A DNA stretch of 64,000 nt. It comes from Gemmatimonadales bacterium (lineage in GTDB: Bacteria > Gemmatimonadota > Gemmatimonadetes > Gemmatimonadales > GWC2-71-9). The DNA lies in assembly GCA_046757925.1 (NCBI GenBank), contig JBHHZE010000004.1, positions 3,263 to 67,262 on the forward strand, written 5' to 3'. The number at the start of each line of letters is the position of its first letter. Position 1 is the first letter of the stretch. This document shows positions 1-9,865 of the stretch, piece after piece. The notes beneath the pieces are model-generated. The model worked only from the letters and a program-made list of their open reading frames with translations, did no database searches and was not told where the DNA came from. A program made the position numbers and the translations under genes.

Positions 1-1
1 G

Positions 2-1114
2 ATCGTCCTGGAACTACCGAATTCCCATAGAGTCCCAGCCACTTGGCTCAGCGAGAACGCCTGCGCCCCAATCCGTCTGCGTTTGGCCACCGAGATCCTC
101 CCTCCTGGCACCGTCTCAGACGAAGAACTCCTGCGATTAAAGGAAGAGGTAAGACAATATCGCGGGGTTAAACAGCTTCTTCGCAAGCAACGCTCCAACG
201 GCTCATGGAGTGGGAATATGTTGGGAATTGCCCCATCAAAGTCCCAAGGCATCAAGGATATCGGGACAGTGGCACGATATAGGCAACTTCTAGAACGCGG
301 GTTGCCCCAGGGCCATCGGGCCTATCGCCACGCGGATCGCCTGTTGTTCCGGATTCTGTCTCGAGATGACGACCCGAGCCTGTTGTTCGAGTACCAGAAA
401 CCGGCAAGAACGAATATCGCACTGGGAATCTGGGCACGAGATCTTCTGCGTGAGGCGGCGACTGCGACACTGGCGCAAGCAAAGCGCATCGAAGACCCGC
501 GGGTTCGTGGCTCGGCACATCGAATCGTTACCAACCTGGCGCGGTTTCTCCGCAGTGATCTCGCAGAGAAACCCATTGTTCGGAGGGGTGGACGAAACAT
601 TTTGCAACCGGAGGCAGTTCCGCCTACGATTTTTTCCGTCGCCACTGTCGCCTTCATGCCGCGTCTACAACGGGAACGGGCAGGTTTTCTGGACCGCCTC
701 GAGTTGTACCTCACCAAGCGGGCCCCGAAGCGAACCTACGTGATCCGGTTCGGTCGCAAGATCATCAAGCCGACATTCCAGATTCTGGGAGAACCACTCC
801 ATGCCGACAGCGCCGGCAATCCCAAGGATCTTCCGTTCGCACTTCATTGGATTGAACTGTTGCTGCGGATGGGAATCTTCGAGCGCTCGGCCGTGGCAGG
901 CCGGATTCTCTCGCGACTCCTGAGGGATTGCGATAAGGACGGTGTGTGGCACCGTCCCAACCTCCGAACCCTGCCCAAGAGTCCCTCGAAGCTGGCCGAC
1001 TTCGCGTTCCCACTCGAATTGGACGGCCGCACTCAGGAGCGCAGACGGACCGACGTCACATTTCGGCTTGCGCTGCTTGCCAAGCTCGCCGGCTGGGACC
1101 TGGAGTTCAATTAG
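2..1114 (+). CDS. Hypothetical protein, 5'-partial; possible alpha/alpha-barrel with QW-like repeats (prenyltransferase/squalene cyclase-like fold)
   Basis: Frame is open from position 2 (IVLELPNSHRVPATWLSENACAPIRLRLATEIL...). QW-like motifs LLRKQRSNGSW and LLRDCDKDGVW. Confidence 0.7.
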   Translation: MVLELPNSHRVPATWLSENACAPIRLRLATEILPPGTVSDEELLRLKEEVRQYRGVKQLLRKQRSNGSWSGNMLGIAPSKSQGIKDIGTVARYRQLLERGLPQGHRAYRHADRLLFRILSRDDDPSLLFEYQKPARTNIALGIWARDLLREAATATLAQAKRIEDPRVRGSAHRIVTNLARFLRSDLAEKPIVRRGGRNILQPEAVPPTIFSVATVAFMPRLQRERAGFLDRLELYLTKRAPKRTYVIRFGRKIIKPTFQILGEPLHADSAGNPKDLPFALHWIELLLRMGIFERSAVAGRILSRLLRDCDKDGVWHRPNLRTLPKSPSKLADFAFPLELDGRTQERRRTDVTFRLALLAKLAGWDLEFN

Positions 1115-1165
1115 GACGGCCCAGCACCGGGACGCCACTTGCGGACATCCCATCGATTCAATAGC

Positions 1166-1183
1166 GTAGTAGTAGTTACTACT
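1166..1183. promoter_or_regulatory. Palindromic operator candidate GTAGT-N7-ACTAC in front of the TrmB-family gene
   Basis: GTAGTAGTAGTTACTACT ends 5 nt before the ATG. A 16/18 identical copy is at 58609-58626. Confidence 0.55.
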
Positions 1184-1188
1184 TCGAT

Positions 1189-1878
1189 ATGGTCGATCTT
1201 ATTCCTTTCGGGTTTACGCCCACCGAGAGCCGTGTGTATTCGGCAATGATGGACTTGGGGCCGACCACTGCTTACCGGCTTGCCAAGGAGCTGAACCTGG
1301 CCCGTGCCAACACCTATCAGGCGCTCGATGGACTCGCGAGCAAAGGTGCCTGCGTGGTCATTGCGGAAACGCCCAAGCGGTTCCGACCCGTGGCTCCCAG
1401 AGCGTTGCTCACGCTCCTCACAAAACAGCAGGCTACACGACTGGACCGGCTCGAGTCGGAGCTGCTGGCTCTTGGCAAGAAGGGGGAAGAAAAAACAGTA
1501 CGGTTTTCCGGTCGTCGGGCGTTCGAGGCCGTTGTTCTTCGCAACGCCGTACATGCCGACTCGGTCAGCTGTATAGCATCGTCTCACGTACTGCACGCGC
1601 TGACACCCATCTGGCGAAAACGGGCAGCCGACGGCAAGCGCACGCGCCTCTGGGTGGTCGGCGAGGTCGACGGTGAGCTAGCGATTGAAACGGAGGGCTC
1701 ACTGCCGGCGGAATCGGTCATGGATCTGTTCGGCAGCCCTGTGGCCTTGTTGCTCACCGCCGACCATGCGATTCTGGCACGCGAGATGTCTGATGGCAAC
1801 CTCGACGGCTACTGGACCTCCGATTCACTCCTTGCAGGCTCGGCTCGTGCGGCTGTGACCCTCCTGAGCGCCACTTGA
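1189..1878 (+). CDS. TrmB-family transcriptional regulator
   Basis: N-terminal wHTH FGFTPTESRVYSAM...TAYRLAKELNLARANTYQALDGLASKG...PKRFRPVAP, followed by a C-terminal effector domain. Confidence 0.9.
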   Translation: MVDLIPFGFTPTESRVYSAMMDLGPTTAYRLAKELNLARANTYQALDGLASKGACVVIAETPKRFRPVAPRALLTLLTKQQATRLDRLESELLALGKKGEEKTVRFSGRRAFEAVVLRNAVHADSVSCIASSHVLHALTPIWRKRAADGKRTRLWVVGEVDGELAIETEGSLPAESVMDLFGSPVALLLTADHAILAREMSDGNLDGYWTSDSLLAGSARAAVTLLSAT

Positions 1879-1908
1879 CCTGACCAACGGCAATCACAAT
1901 CTTGGTCG

Positions 1909-1929
1909 TATCATCCAACTGGCTGGTTT
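1909..1929 (+). promoter_or_regulatory. Candidate -10 (TATCAT) and imperfect palindrome AACTGGCTGGTT, likely TetR autoregulatory operator
   Basis: Directly upstream of the TetR ATG at 1933; AAC-N6-GTT symmetry. Confidence 0.35.
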
Positions 1930-1932
1930 AGT

Positions 1933-2538
1933 ATGACCGGCAGGGCGGCGGAACCGCGACATGTAACCAGCAGGGATAGAATAGCTTCGGCCGCGAAACG
2001 GGAGTTCGCGGAATTCGGGTTCGCGGGCGCACGCGTGGCCCGGATAGCCCAGCGATCCCGCCTCAACAAGCAACTGATATTCTATTATTTCGGCTCTAAG
2101 GCCCATCTCTACGAGGCCGTAATGAGTGAAGCCGGATCAAAACTGACGATTGCCGGCTCACCTCCCCCCGCAAGAGTGACCGCTCAACCTTCCAGCCGCC
2201 GGCTGCGCGAGGTGCTGCGCTCCATTCTGGCGTCGCTCGACGAGAGTCCTGAAGTCGTCAGACTGCTGCTAGGCGATGCGGCGAATTCCACGCCAGCCCA
2301 GCAACTGGCCGATCGTACCATAGCGCAGGTCACATCGCTGGTTTGCGACATCGTTTCCCAAGGCCAGGGACTGGGCTACTTTCGTGACGACCTGGACCCG
2401 AGTGTCATGGCACGCCACACGATCGCACTCGTGTTGGGTCACTTGGCTTTGGAGAGCGCGCACGGGGCACCAAGCACCACGCCTGGCGAGCTATCGACTC
2501 AAATCGCCGACCACCTGCTACAAACCCTTACTTGGTGA
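1933..2538 (+). CDS. TetR/AcrR-family transcriptional regulator
   Basis: TetR HTH: RIASAAKREFAEFGFAGARVARIAQRSRLNKQLIFYYFGSKAHLY; C-terminal G...GYFRDDLDP. Confidence 0.93.
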   Translation: MTGRAAEPRHVTSRDRIASAAKREFAEFGFAGARVARIAQRSRLNKQLIFYYFGSKAHLYEAVMSEAGSKLTIAGSPPPARVTAQPSSRRLREVLRSILASLDESPEVVRLLLGDAANSTPAQQLADRTIAQVTSLVCDIVSQGQGLGYFRDDLDPSVMARHTIALVLGHLALESAHGAPSTTPGELSTQIADHLLQTLTW

Positions 2539-2546
2539 GGCCGGCA

Positions 2547-4985
2547 TCAATGGGGACTGCCGACCAAGTCCACTTTCTTGGGTCCACTCTGGCCAGGCAC
2601 GGATTTGGCCGAACTCTCCCTGAGCGCCAGTGCAAGAACTTCCTGCAACGTCTCCACCGGGTGCGCGCCGATTCGCTGCCGCTGTTCGTCGGTCAGATCT
2701 TCCAGGTCGGCTATGTTCTCGTGCGGAAGAATGACCTCTCTGATACCCGCCCGCACGGCTCCCAGGACCTTCTCCCGCACGCCTCCGATCGGGAGCACCC
2801 GTCCTGACAAGGTGACCTCACCGGTCATCGCAAGATCGTGCCGCACCGGAACTCCCGAGAGAGCGCTCACCAGTGCCGTAGCCATCGTCACTCCAGCCGA
2901 GGGACCGTCCTTCGGGACGGCACCGGCCGGTACGTGAATGTGGATGTCCTTGCCGCTCAGCATCTCGTAGGGAATGCCGAGTTCCTCGGCATGAGATTTG
3001 GCATAGGACAGTGCGGCCCGCGCGGATTCCTTCATGATATCGCCCAACTGACCGGTGAGCACGAGCTTGTCCTGACCCGGCATGACGCTCACCTCTACGA
3101 ACATGATGTCGCCGCCCGCCGGTGTGTAGTACATACCGGTCGCCGTGCCGATCTGATCCAGTTCCGCGGCACTCTCGGGGTGCACCGTGCATCGCCCCAG
3201 TAGGTCACGGATATTGTCCCCGTTCGCCTCGAATCGCGTCACCTCACCGGTGGCGACCTTGCGCGCGATCTTCCGGGCCACCTTGCCCAGCTCCCGTTCT
3301 AGCTGGCGCACGCCCGACTCTCTCGTGTAGCCCGATATGGTAGTGGCTATTGCTTCGTCGGTTATCTCGATCTGGTCGGGCGCGAGTCCGGATTCACAGA
3401 TCCTGCGGGGAACCAAGTATTTCCGCGCGATGGCCAGTTTTTCGTCCTCCGTATAGCCGGAAAACTCAACCACCTCCATTCGGTCCAACAGCGGCGCCGG
3501 GATGTCACCAAGGAAGTTGGCGGTGGCGATAAACATCACTTGCGAGAGGTCGAACGGCACTCCCAGATAGTGATCGGTAAAGCTGTCGTTTTGCGCCGGA
3601 TCCAGCACTTCCAGTAGAGCGGAGGCGGGATTCCCCTGAAAGGACACCCCGAGCTTGTCCACCTCGTCCAGCAGGAATACCGGATTCTTGGTGCCGGCTC
3701 GCTTGAGGCCCTCGATTATCCTTCCGGGCATTGCACCCACGTACGTTCTCCGATGACCGCGAATGTCGGCCTCGTCCCGCGCACCTCCCAATGCAACTCT
3801 CACGTACCGCCGACCCATGGCACGAGCGATTGACTTCGCCACCGAGGTCTTACCGGTACCCGGTGGGCCGGCGAACAACAGAATCGTACCTCGGGGACTC
3901 CGATCGTCTTCGTTACCGCTGGGCTCTGTGGCTCCCGTGCTGCTCTGCTGAAGCTGACGCACCGCCAAGTACTCGAGCACGCGGTCTTTGACATCGTGTA
4001 GCCCGTAGTGATCCTCATCCAGGACCTCTTGCGCCCGTCCCAAGTCCAGCAAGTCCTTCGACGATTCATTCCACGGCAGCTCGGCCACGGTCTCCAGGTA
4101 GGTGCGGATAACCTGCGCCTCCATCGACTCGCGCGGTGACCGGTTCAGCCGTCCCAACTCCCGGTCTATTTCCTTCTGAACGACTTCGGGCAGGTTGAGC
4201 GCAGTCAATCGCTCCGCCAGCTCGTCCACCTCCGCCGCTTCATCTTCATCCCCCAATTCGCGACGGATGGCCTTCAGCTGCTCGCGCAAGAACATCTCGC
4301 GTTGGCGCTCGCCCAGCTCTTCCTGGACTTGGGACTTGATCTCAGCCTGGGCTTTGACCACCCCTATCTGACGCTGCACGTGAACCAGCACACGGCGCAA
4401 TCGTTCCTCAACCCCCAGCGTTTCCAACAGCTCTTGACGATCCCCCGGCGGCATATCCACGTATCCAGCCAGGAGGTCGGCAAACCGACCGGGATCCTCG
4501 ACGCCGTCCAGCACCTGCTTGATCACCTCTTCGGGAATCCCCGTGCGCTCTGCCAGCTCCGCCCCCCTTTCCCGTACTTCGCGATACAGCGCCGCGAACG
4601 ACGCGCTTTCGGGATCCACCGGCTCTAGATCGGGCACCTCTTGCACGGCAGCTTCCGCATAGCCGTTGGTGTCGTTGTAGCGTAGAACGACGGCCCGTTT
4701 CTCTCCGCGCAATAACAGTTGAATCCCGCCAAGGCCACGCTGGACCTGCCCAATGCTTGCCACCGATCCCATGGAAAACAGGTCACCCGGCTGAACGTCT
4801 TCGACATCGTTGCGCTGAGTTACGGCAAAGACCAAACGATCTTCGGTTTCCAAGGCCGCTTCTATTGCCCTAAGTGTGCGGGGCCGGCCCGCACCAATGG
4901 GCACGGTGACACCCGGAAAGATCACCATTCCCCTGAGCGGTAATACCGGCAGTGTACGGCGCCTCGTAGAGCTTTCCATCGTCAT
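2547..4985 (-). CDS. lon: ATP-dependent protease La (Lon)
   Basis: N-terminal LPVLPLRGMVIFPG, Walker A GPPGTGKT, Walker B FLLDEVDK, catalytic PKDGPSAG; 812 aa. Confidence 0.98.
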   Translation of the reverse strand: MTMESSTRRRTLPVLPLRGMVIFPGVTVPIGAGRPRTLRAIEAALETEDRLVFAVTQRNDVEDVQPGDLFSMGSVASIGQVQRGLGGIQLLLRGEKRAVVLRYNDTNGYAEAAVQEVPDLEPVDPESASFAALYREVRERGAELAERTGIPEEVIKQVLDGVEDPGRFADLLAGYVDMPPGDRQELLETLGVEERLRRVLVHVQRQIGVVKAQAEIKSQVQEELGERQREMFLREQLKAIRRELGDEDEAAEVDELAERLTALNLPEVVQKEIDRELGRLNRSPRESMEAQVIRTYLETVAELPWNESSKDLLDLGRAQEVLDEDHYGLHDVKDRVLEYLAVRQLQQSSTGATEPSGNEDDRSPRGTILLFAGPPGTGKTSVAKSIARAMGRRYVRVALGGARDEADIRGHRRTYVGAMPGRIIEGLKRAGTKNPVFLLDEVDKLGVSFQGNPASALLEVLDPAQNDSFTDHYLGVPFDLSQVMFIATANFLGDIPAPLLDRMEVVEFSGYTEDEKLAIARKYLVPRRICESGLAPDQIEITDEAIATTISGYTRESGVRQLERELGKVARKIARKVATGEVTRFEANGDNIRDLLGRCTVHPESAAELDQIGTATGMYYTPAGGDIMFVEVSVMPGQDKLVLTGQLGDIMKESARAALSYAKSHAEELGIPYEMLSGKDIHIHVPAGAVPKDGPSAGVTMATALVSALSGVPVRHDLAMTGEVTLSGRVLPIGGVREKVLGAVRAGIREVILPHENIADLEDLTDEQRQRIGAHPVETLQEVLALALRESSAKSVPGQSGPKKVDLVGSPH

Positions 4986-5042
4986 CTACCTCGCTCCTTG
5001 TTTGGCCAAACTCTTCCCGCCTTACACGTCAACCCAGTTAGA

Positions 5043-5075
5043 GGCGCAGTTATGATGTACGGCGCAGTTATCATG
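5043..5075. repeat. Tandem 15-bp direct repeat GGCGCAGTTAT(G/C)ATG with 18-bp period, upstream of lon
   Basis: Copies at 5043-5057 and 5061-5075 differ by one base. Confidence 0.75.
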
Positions 5076-5212
5076 CCGGGCCACAGAAGCATCATCCTCA
5101 CTGAAACACCCCCAAATCGGCGGGCGTTCCGGCCAACGTGACTGAGCCCAGACACCGCGGTGCCATATTGGCAGCATGGCGGCGGTTGTTATTCTGTTGG
5201 GGGAGTTACTTC

Positions 5213-5458
5213 CTAGGAGGCGCGGGGGGCAACGTTCAACAGTGATTTCAGTTCTGTTTCGGTGAGTTGTTCCAGCAGGCCGGCACGGGTGGTTACTTCC
5301 CGGCTCGCCTCCTTCCTATCCGACTCACAACTGAAGCGAATGATGTCCGCAGGTTCGGGAATGGACTTGGCACTCTTCTTGGTAGCGATGAGACCGGAAG
5401 TCCGCCCCACCCTCTCCGCAGCCCAACGGCGTCCTTCATCGTCTGTCAGCCAGCGCAT
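5213..5458 (-). CDS. Small hypothetical protein (81 aa)
   Basis: SD GGAG before the ATG; protein-like sequence MRWLTDDEGRRW...LTETELKSLL; fills an otherwise intergenic gap. Confidence 0.7.
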   Translation of the reverse strand: MRWLTDDEGRRWAAERVGRTSGLIATKKSAKSIPEPADIIRFSCESDRKEASREVTTRAGLLEQLTETELKSLLNVAPRAS

Positions 5459-5541
5459 CTCTCTCCACCATCTAGTCTTTCACAGGTTGCCAGTAGCCTA
5501 TGAACTAGGTTAATCTATCCTCGGATCATACCAGACGCTAC

Positions 5542-7413
5542 ATGGATGATACTCAGCTCGGACCGCTCGCCGCTCGACTTGCCGATGCTCTCTCCGGTTC
5601 CTACGTCATTGAAGGCGAAATCGGAAGGGGTGGAATGGGTGTCGTCTACAGTGCGCGGGACACCAAGCTCAAGCGACGCGTTGCCATAAAGCTCCTTCCC
5701 CCGGATCTGGCGTTCCGGGAGGGAATCAAGCGACGTTTCATTCGGGAAGCGCAAACAGCGGCCCGATTATCTCATCCTCACATTGTACCAATTCATGCTG
5801 TTGGCGATGACGGTGAACTCGTCTATTTCGTCATGGGCTACGTGGACGGAGAGTCGCTGGCTCAGCGTTTGAGACGAAGGGGCAAGCTCCCCATTGAAGA
5901 GGCACGACGAATAATGAAGGAAACTGCCGACGCCTTGGGGCACTCCCATGCCGCCGGAGTCATCCACCGCGATATCAAGCCCGACAACGTCCTGCTGGAG
6001 GGGACACGCCGACGGGTCATGGTAACGGACTTCGGTATCGCCAAGGCTCTCTCTGAGGCCGGTGCCGGAACATTGACGGGCACCGGAGTTGCCTTGGGAA
6101 CACCAACGTACATGAGCCCCGAACAGGCAGCGGGTGAGAAGGATGTCGACGCGCGCAGCGATCTCTATTCGTTGGGGATAGTGGCGTTCGAGATGTTGGC
6201 CGGCAAACCTCCGTTCAGAGCGCCGACGGTGCCGGGTGTGTTGATGAAGCAGATCACCGAGCTGCCGCCAGATATGATCCGCATTCGCGCTGAGATCCCC
6301 GAAGAGTTGGCGGCAACCATAATGCGGTGCCTCGAAAAAGATCCGGCAAGTCGCTGGCCCACGGCCGATGCTCTGCGACGGGCACTCGAGAGCAGGTCGT
6401 CCGGCCCCTACAAGCCACGGGCATCGCCATCCCAACGACGTAGCCACCAGCGACGGCCGGTTCCCGGGCGATCCCGCGGAGCGCCAAGGGAGTGGGGTGA
6501 TTGGTGGGAAGAACGCGAGGGCCTGCGCGAACGACGCCCGGCGCGGTCGCCGGCGCGAGAACGCACTCCGGCCAAGAAGGTAGAGCAAGATGGTAGCGAA
6601 CCGGGTATCGTGCGACGTTTTCGCTCCAACTTCGCATCCTATGTCTCCGTCAACGGCGGATTCCTCCTATTCAACGTGGTGACGGGAATTGAGTCCCCCT
6701 GGTTTCTCATTCCCGCTATTGGCTGGGGCATCGGACTCGCGTCGCAGTACGGCAAGCTATGGGCAGACGGCTACAGTATGAGAGACGTGCTGAACCCACC
6801 GCGCGCCAAGGACGCGATCCCGCGACCGGGCGATGTATCTCCACCCAAGAGACTGGCGGCACCGGGACCGGAACCGACAACTGACGAATTCGGCAAGCAG
6901 GTGGGCTCTATCGTACAGATGCGCAAGGACCGGGCAGCGATCGTGCAGTCGGTCGGTCGGTTGCCACAAGCCGAGCGCGATATGCTTCCCGAGGTAATCC
7001 AGACGGTGGATGCCCTGATGGAACGGGCGGCCCAATTGGGCAGAACTCTCAGTCAGATGGAGGGTGGGGTGAGCCGCGACTCCATCAGGGAGTTGGAAGA
7101 GAGAATTGCAGGGTTGGAGCAAGACTCTGCGGGACCTGGGCAGCACAGAGTCGACCTCCTCAGGAGACAGCACGAGTCCTTGACGGAGCTATTGGAGAGA
7201 CGGGAGCGGTTGGAATCCCAATTCGCGAGCTGCGTGCTCGCAGTGCAGAATGTGAGGTTCGATCTACTGCGACTGCGCTCGGCGGGAATAGCGGAGGTGC
7301 TGAGCGATCTGACTTCTGCCACACAGCAAGCGCGCGCATTGCGCATCGACGTCGAGGCGGCGATCGGTGCCGCAGGCGAAATCAGAGAGGCCTTGGGTCG
7401 CAGCCCTCTCTAG
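5542..7413 (+). CDS. Hanks-type Ser/Thr protein kinase with 2TM-like membrane hairpin and C-terminal coiled coil
   Basis: [26 protein letters not shown] and [10 protein letters not shown] motifs; then [15 protein letters not shown]...[14 protein letters not shown] and a helical tail. Confidence 0.95.
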   Translation: MDDTQLGPLAARLADALSGSYVIEGEIGRGGMGVVYSARDTKLKRRVAIKLLPPDLAFREGIKRRFIREAQTAARLSHPHIVPIHAVGDDGELVYFVMGYVDGESLAQRLRRRGKLPIEEARRIMKETADALGHSHAAGVIHRDIKPDNVLLEGTRRRVMVTDFGIAKALSEAGAGTLTGTGVALGTPTYMSPEQAAGEKDVDARSDLYSLGIVAFEMLAGKPPFRAPTVPGVLMKQITELPPDMIRIRAEIPEELAATIMRCLEKDPASRWPTADALRRALESRSSGPYKPRASPSQRRSHQRRPVPGRSRGAPREWGDWWEEREGLRERRPARSPARERTPAKKVEQDGSEPGIVRRFRSNFASYVSVNGGFLLFNVVTGIESPWFLIPAIGWGIGLASQYGKLWADGYSMRDVLNPPRAKDAIPRPGDVSPPKRLAAPGPEPTTDEFGKQVGSIVQMRKDRAAIVQSVGRLPQAERDMLPEVIQTVDALMERAAQLGRTLSQMEGGVSRDSIRELEERIAGLEQDSAGPGQHRVDLLRRQHESLTELLERRERLESQFASCVLAVQNVRFDLLRLRSAGIAEVLSDLTSATQQARALRIDVEAAIGAAGEIREALGRSPL

Positions 7414-9542
7414 AAGCGGTCTATCTCAACAATGGCGTCTACCAGATTTCTTGTCTGAGGAAGTATCAGGTCTTCCAGCTCGGGACTGTATGCCACGAAG
7501 GTGTCGGTAGAAGCAACCCGCCTCACGGGCGCATCGAGCCACGCGAAATAGTCGTCCGCTATTTTAGCGGCGATTTCTGCACCGTAGCCCCACGACAGTG
7601 AATCCTCGTAGGCGACAATGACCTTGTTCGTCTTCTGCACCGACGCTGCTATCGTGTCCCAATCCACAGGGTTGAGTGACCTGAGGTCGATGACCTCTGT
7701 GCTTATGCCACGCTCTTCGTCCAGCTGACGTGCCGCTTGCAGTGTCCGCTGGACCACCGCACCGTAGGTCACCACCGTGAGATCAGTTCCTTCATGTACC
7801 ACTTTGGCTTTGCCAAACGGGATCATAAAGTTGGGACCCGGATTGGGGGCCTTGTTGTAGGTCTGTCGATACAAATGCTTGTGTTCCAAAAAGATCACCG
7901 GGTCGTCGCACCTTATCGCAGTTCTCAACAACCCGTTCGCATCCAGCGCCGTTGCGGGACACACCACTCTCAATCCCGGGATGCTGGTATAGACTGCTGC
8001 ACCAGTTTGGGAATGGTAGATTGCCCCACCCTTGAGATACCCACCGTAAGTGGCCCGCACCACCACCGGTGCCTTGAACGCACCGTTGCTTCTCCAACGC
8101 ACGAGCGCGAGTTCGTTCCGGATCTGGTGATAGGCCGGCCAGATGTAGTCGAAGAACTGGATCTCCACGACCGGCTTGATGCCTCGCCCGGCCAGTCCCA
8201 CAGCTCTTCCTACGATATTGGCTTCGGCCAGTGGGGAATTGTACACCCGGTCGGGACCGAACTCTTTCTGTAATCCCCACGTAACCTTGAAGACGCCGCC
8301 CTTGCCCCTGACCTCATCGACGTATTCCTCTCGGGACACATCCGCCACGTCCTCGCCGAAGACCACAATGCGGGGATCCCGGGCCATCTCATCCCTCAGA
8401 CAGCGGTTCAGGAGATCGACCATTGTCGTCGGGTTGCCGCCAAACTGGGGATCGTCTTCTGTATCGAACTGCTCTGCGGTCGGATCCACGTCTTCCGAGT
8501 AGACGTGGCGGTATATGGTTTCCGGCCCCGGTTGCGGGGAGGCGACGGCAACCTCGCTCGCCAGATCTACGTCCTCATTGGCCTTGGATTGGATGTCTTC
8601 TATCTCGGCTGCGCTTGCCACGCCCTGCTCAATCAACCGTACTGGAAACACGTCCACCGGATCCCGCGCCGCTTCCGCCTCCCGCTCCGTCGATGGCTTG
8701 TACATCACCTCATCATCCGACAGCGAGTGGGAATACGGTCGGATCACGTGCGCGTGCACGAGCGCGGGTCCTTTGCGGGCGCGACAATACGCCGCCGCTC
8801 TGGCAAGAGCGTCATAGGAGGCCACAGGATCACAGCCATCGACCTCCTGAATCGACAAGTTGGGAAAACCGGAAACCAAACGCGATACCGACCCACCCGC
8901 CGTCTGTACCTCGACCGGGACCGAAATGGCGTAACCATTGTCCTCGATCAGGAACAACACCGGCAATTTGAGGTTGCAGGCGGTATTCAACGCCTCCCAG
9001 AATTCACCTTCGCTAGTGGTGCCGTCGCCGGCTGCACACAATACCACCTCGTCTTTCCGAATCACGTCGTCTCTATCCGGAATGTCGGTAATACGGTGGT
9101 ATCGGTACCACGCCTCGGCACAACCCACTGCACCGAGGAATTGCGTGCCGGTTGGGCTCGAGGAAGTAACGATATTCAGGTCCTTGTGCCCCCAATGAGA
9201 CGGCATCTGTCGCCCACCGGAATTGGGGTCGTCTCCCGCTGCAACCGCTGAGAGAAACATTTCGGTGGGCGTCATTCCGAGTGTGAGACACAGGGCGCGA
9301 TCGCGATAATACGGATAAAACCAGTCGTAACCGGCTCTTAGAACCTTTCCGGCAGCGACCTGAATCGCCTCGTGCCCGGCACCAGAAATCTGGAAGAATA
9401 TCTTGTTTTGACGTTTTAGCTGGATTTCTTTGTCGTCGATCCGCCTGGAGGTATACATCAGGCGATAGATATCTAGAAGTTGATCTTTATCGAGCCGCGC
9501 CGCGGGCGACTGTTTCGTCTTTGTCTTGGATTTGGTAGGCAT
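7410..9542 (-). CDS. 2-oxoacid dehydrogenase E1, fused alpha/beta subunits (branched-chain type)
   Basis: [22 protein letters not shown] motif GDGTTSEG...DNGYAIS; beta part VFGEDV, NSPLAE, EIQFFDY. Confidence 0.95.
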   Translation of the reverse strand: MPTKSKTKTKQSPAARLDKDQLLDIYRLMYTSRRIDDKEIQLKRQNKIFFQISGAGHEAIQVAAGKVLRAGYDWFYPYYRDRALCLTLGMTPTEMFLSAVAAGDDPNSGGRQMPSHWGHKDLNIVTSSSPTGTQFLGAVGCAEAWYRYHRITDIPDRDDVIRKDEVVLCAAGDGTTSEGEFWEALNTACNLKLPVLFLIEDNGYAISVPVEVQTAGGSVSRLVSGFPNLSIQEVDGCDPVASYDALARAAAYCRARKGPALVHAHVIRPYSHSLSDDEVMYKPSTEREAEAARDPVDVFPVRLIEQGVASAAEIEDIQSKANEDVDLASEVAVASPQPGPETIYRHVYSEDVDPTAEQFDTEDDPQFGGNPTTMVDLLNRCLRDEMARDPRIVVFGEDVADVSREEYVDEVRGKGGVFKVTWGLQKEFGPDRVYNSPLAEANIVGRAVGLAGRGIKPVVEIQFFDYIWPAYHQIRNELALVRWRSNGAFKAPVVVRATYGGYLKGGAIYHSQTGAAVYTSIPGLRVVCPATALDANGLLRTAIRCDDPVIFLEHKHLYRQTYNKAPNPGPNFMIPFGKAKVVHEGTDLTVVTYGAVVQRTLQAARQLDEERGISTEVIDLRSLNPVDWDTIAASVQKTNKVIVAYEDSLSWGYGAEIAAKIADDYFAWLDAPVRRVASTDTFVAYSPELEDLILPQTRNLVDAIVEIDRF

Positions 9543-9596
9543 AATCGAAAAATAGCCCAGATCTTGATTGAGGCCAGCGGTGTCGGATGGGTCCTT

Positions 9597-9851
9597 CTAT
9601 TTGCCGAGCTTGGCAATCTTGCCGAGTGCTTTGAGCTTCTCCAACGCCACATGAGATGGCGACTCGGCCTGCGAATCACATAGTGCGTCCCGAACATCGA
9701 GCAAGACCTCGAGCATGAGTTGTTCGCGTTGATAGGATGCGTCCAGATCCATCATCCGTTCGGCATCGCCGGATTCCTTTGCACGGCCGTAGGCTTCACG
9801 GTATATAGCTTCCAGATTGGCGAGTATTCTATCTCTCGAGCGCACACTCAT
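9597..9851 (-). CDS. Hypothetical helical protein (84 aa)
   Basis: SD GGAG; co-directional in the gene string between DUF1015 and E1. Confidence 0.75.
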   Translation of the reverse strand: MSVRSRDRILANLEAIYREAYGRAKESGDAERMMDLDASYQREQLMLEVLLDVRDALCDSQAESPSHVALEKLKALGKIAKLGK

Positions 9852-9865
9852 CGTTTGCTACTCCC

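Noticed and set aside
5043-5075. CRISPR array
   Set aside because: Only two 15-bp units with a 3-bp spacer, and no cas genes.
5767-6588. Long antisense or alternate-frame ORFs (also 17387-18172, 20107-20871, 31937-32629, 37990-38823, 42480-43148, 50023-50766)
   Set aside because: These are shadows of well-supported genes in GC-rich DNA and carry no recognisable motifs.
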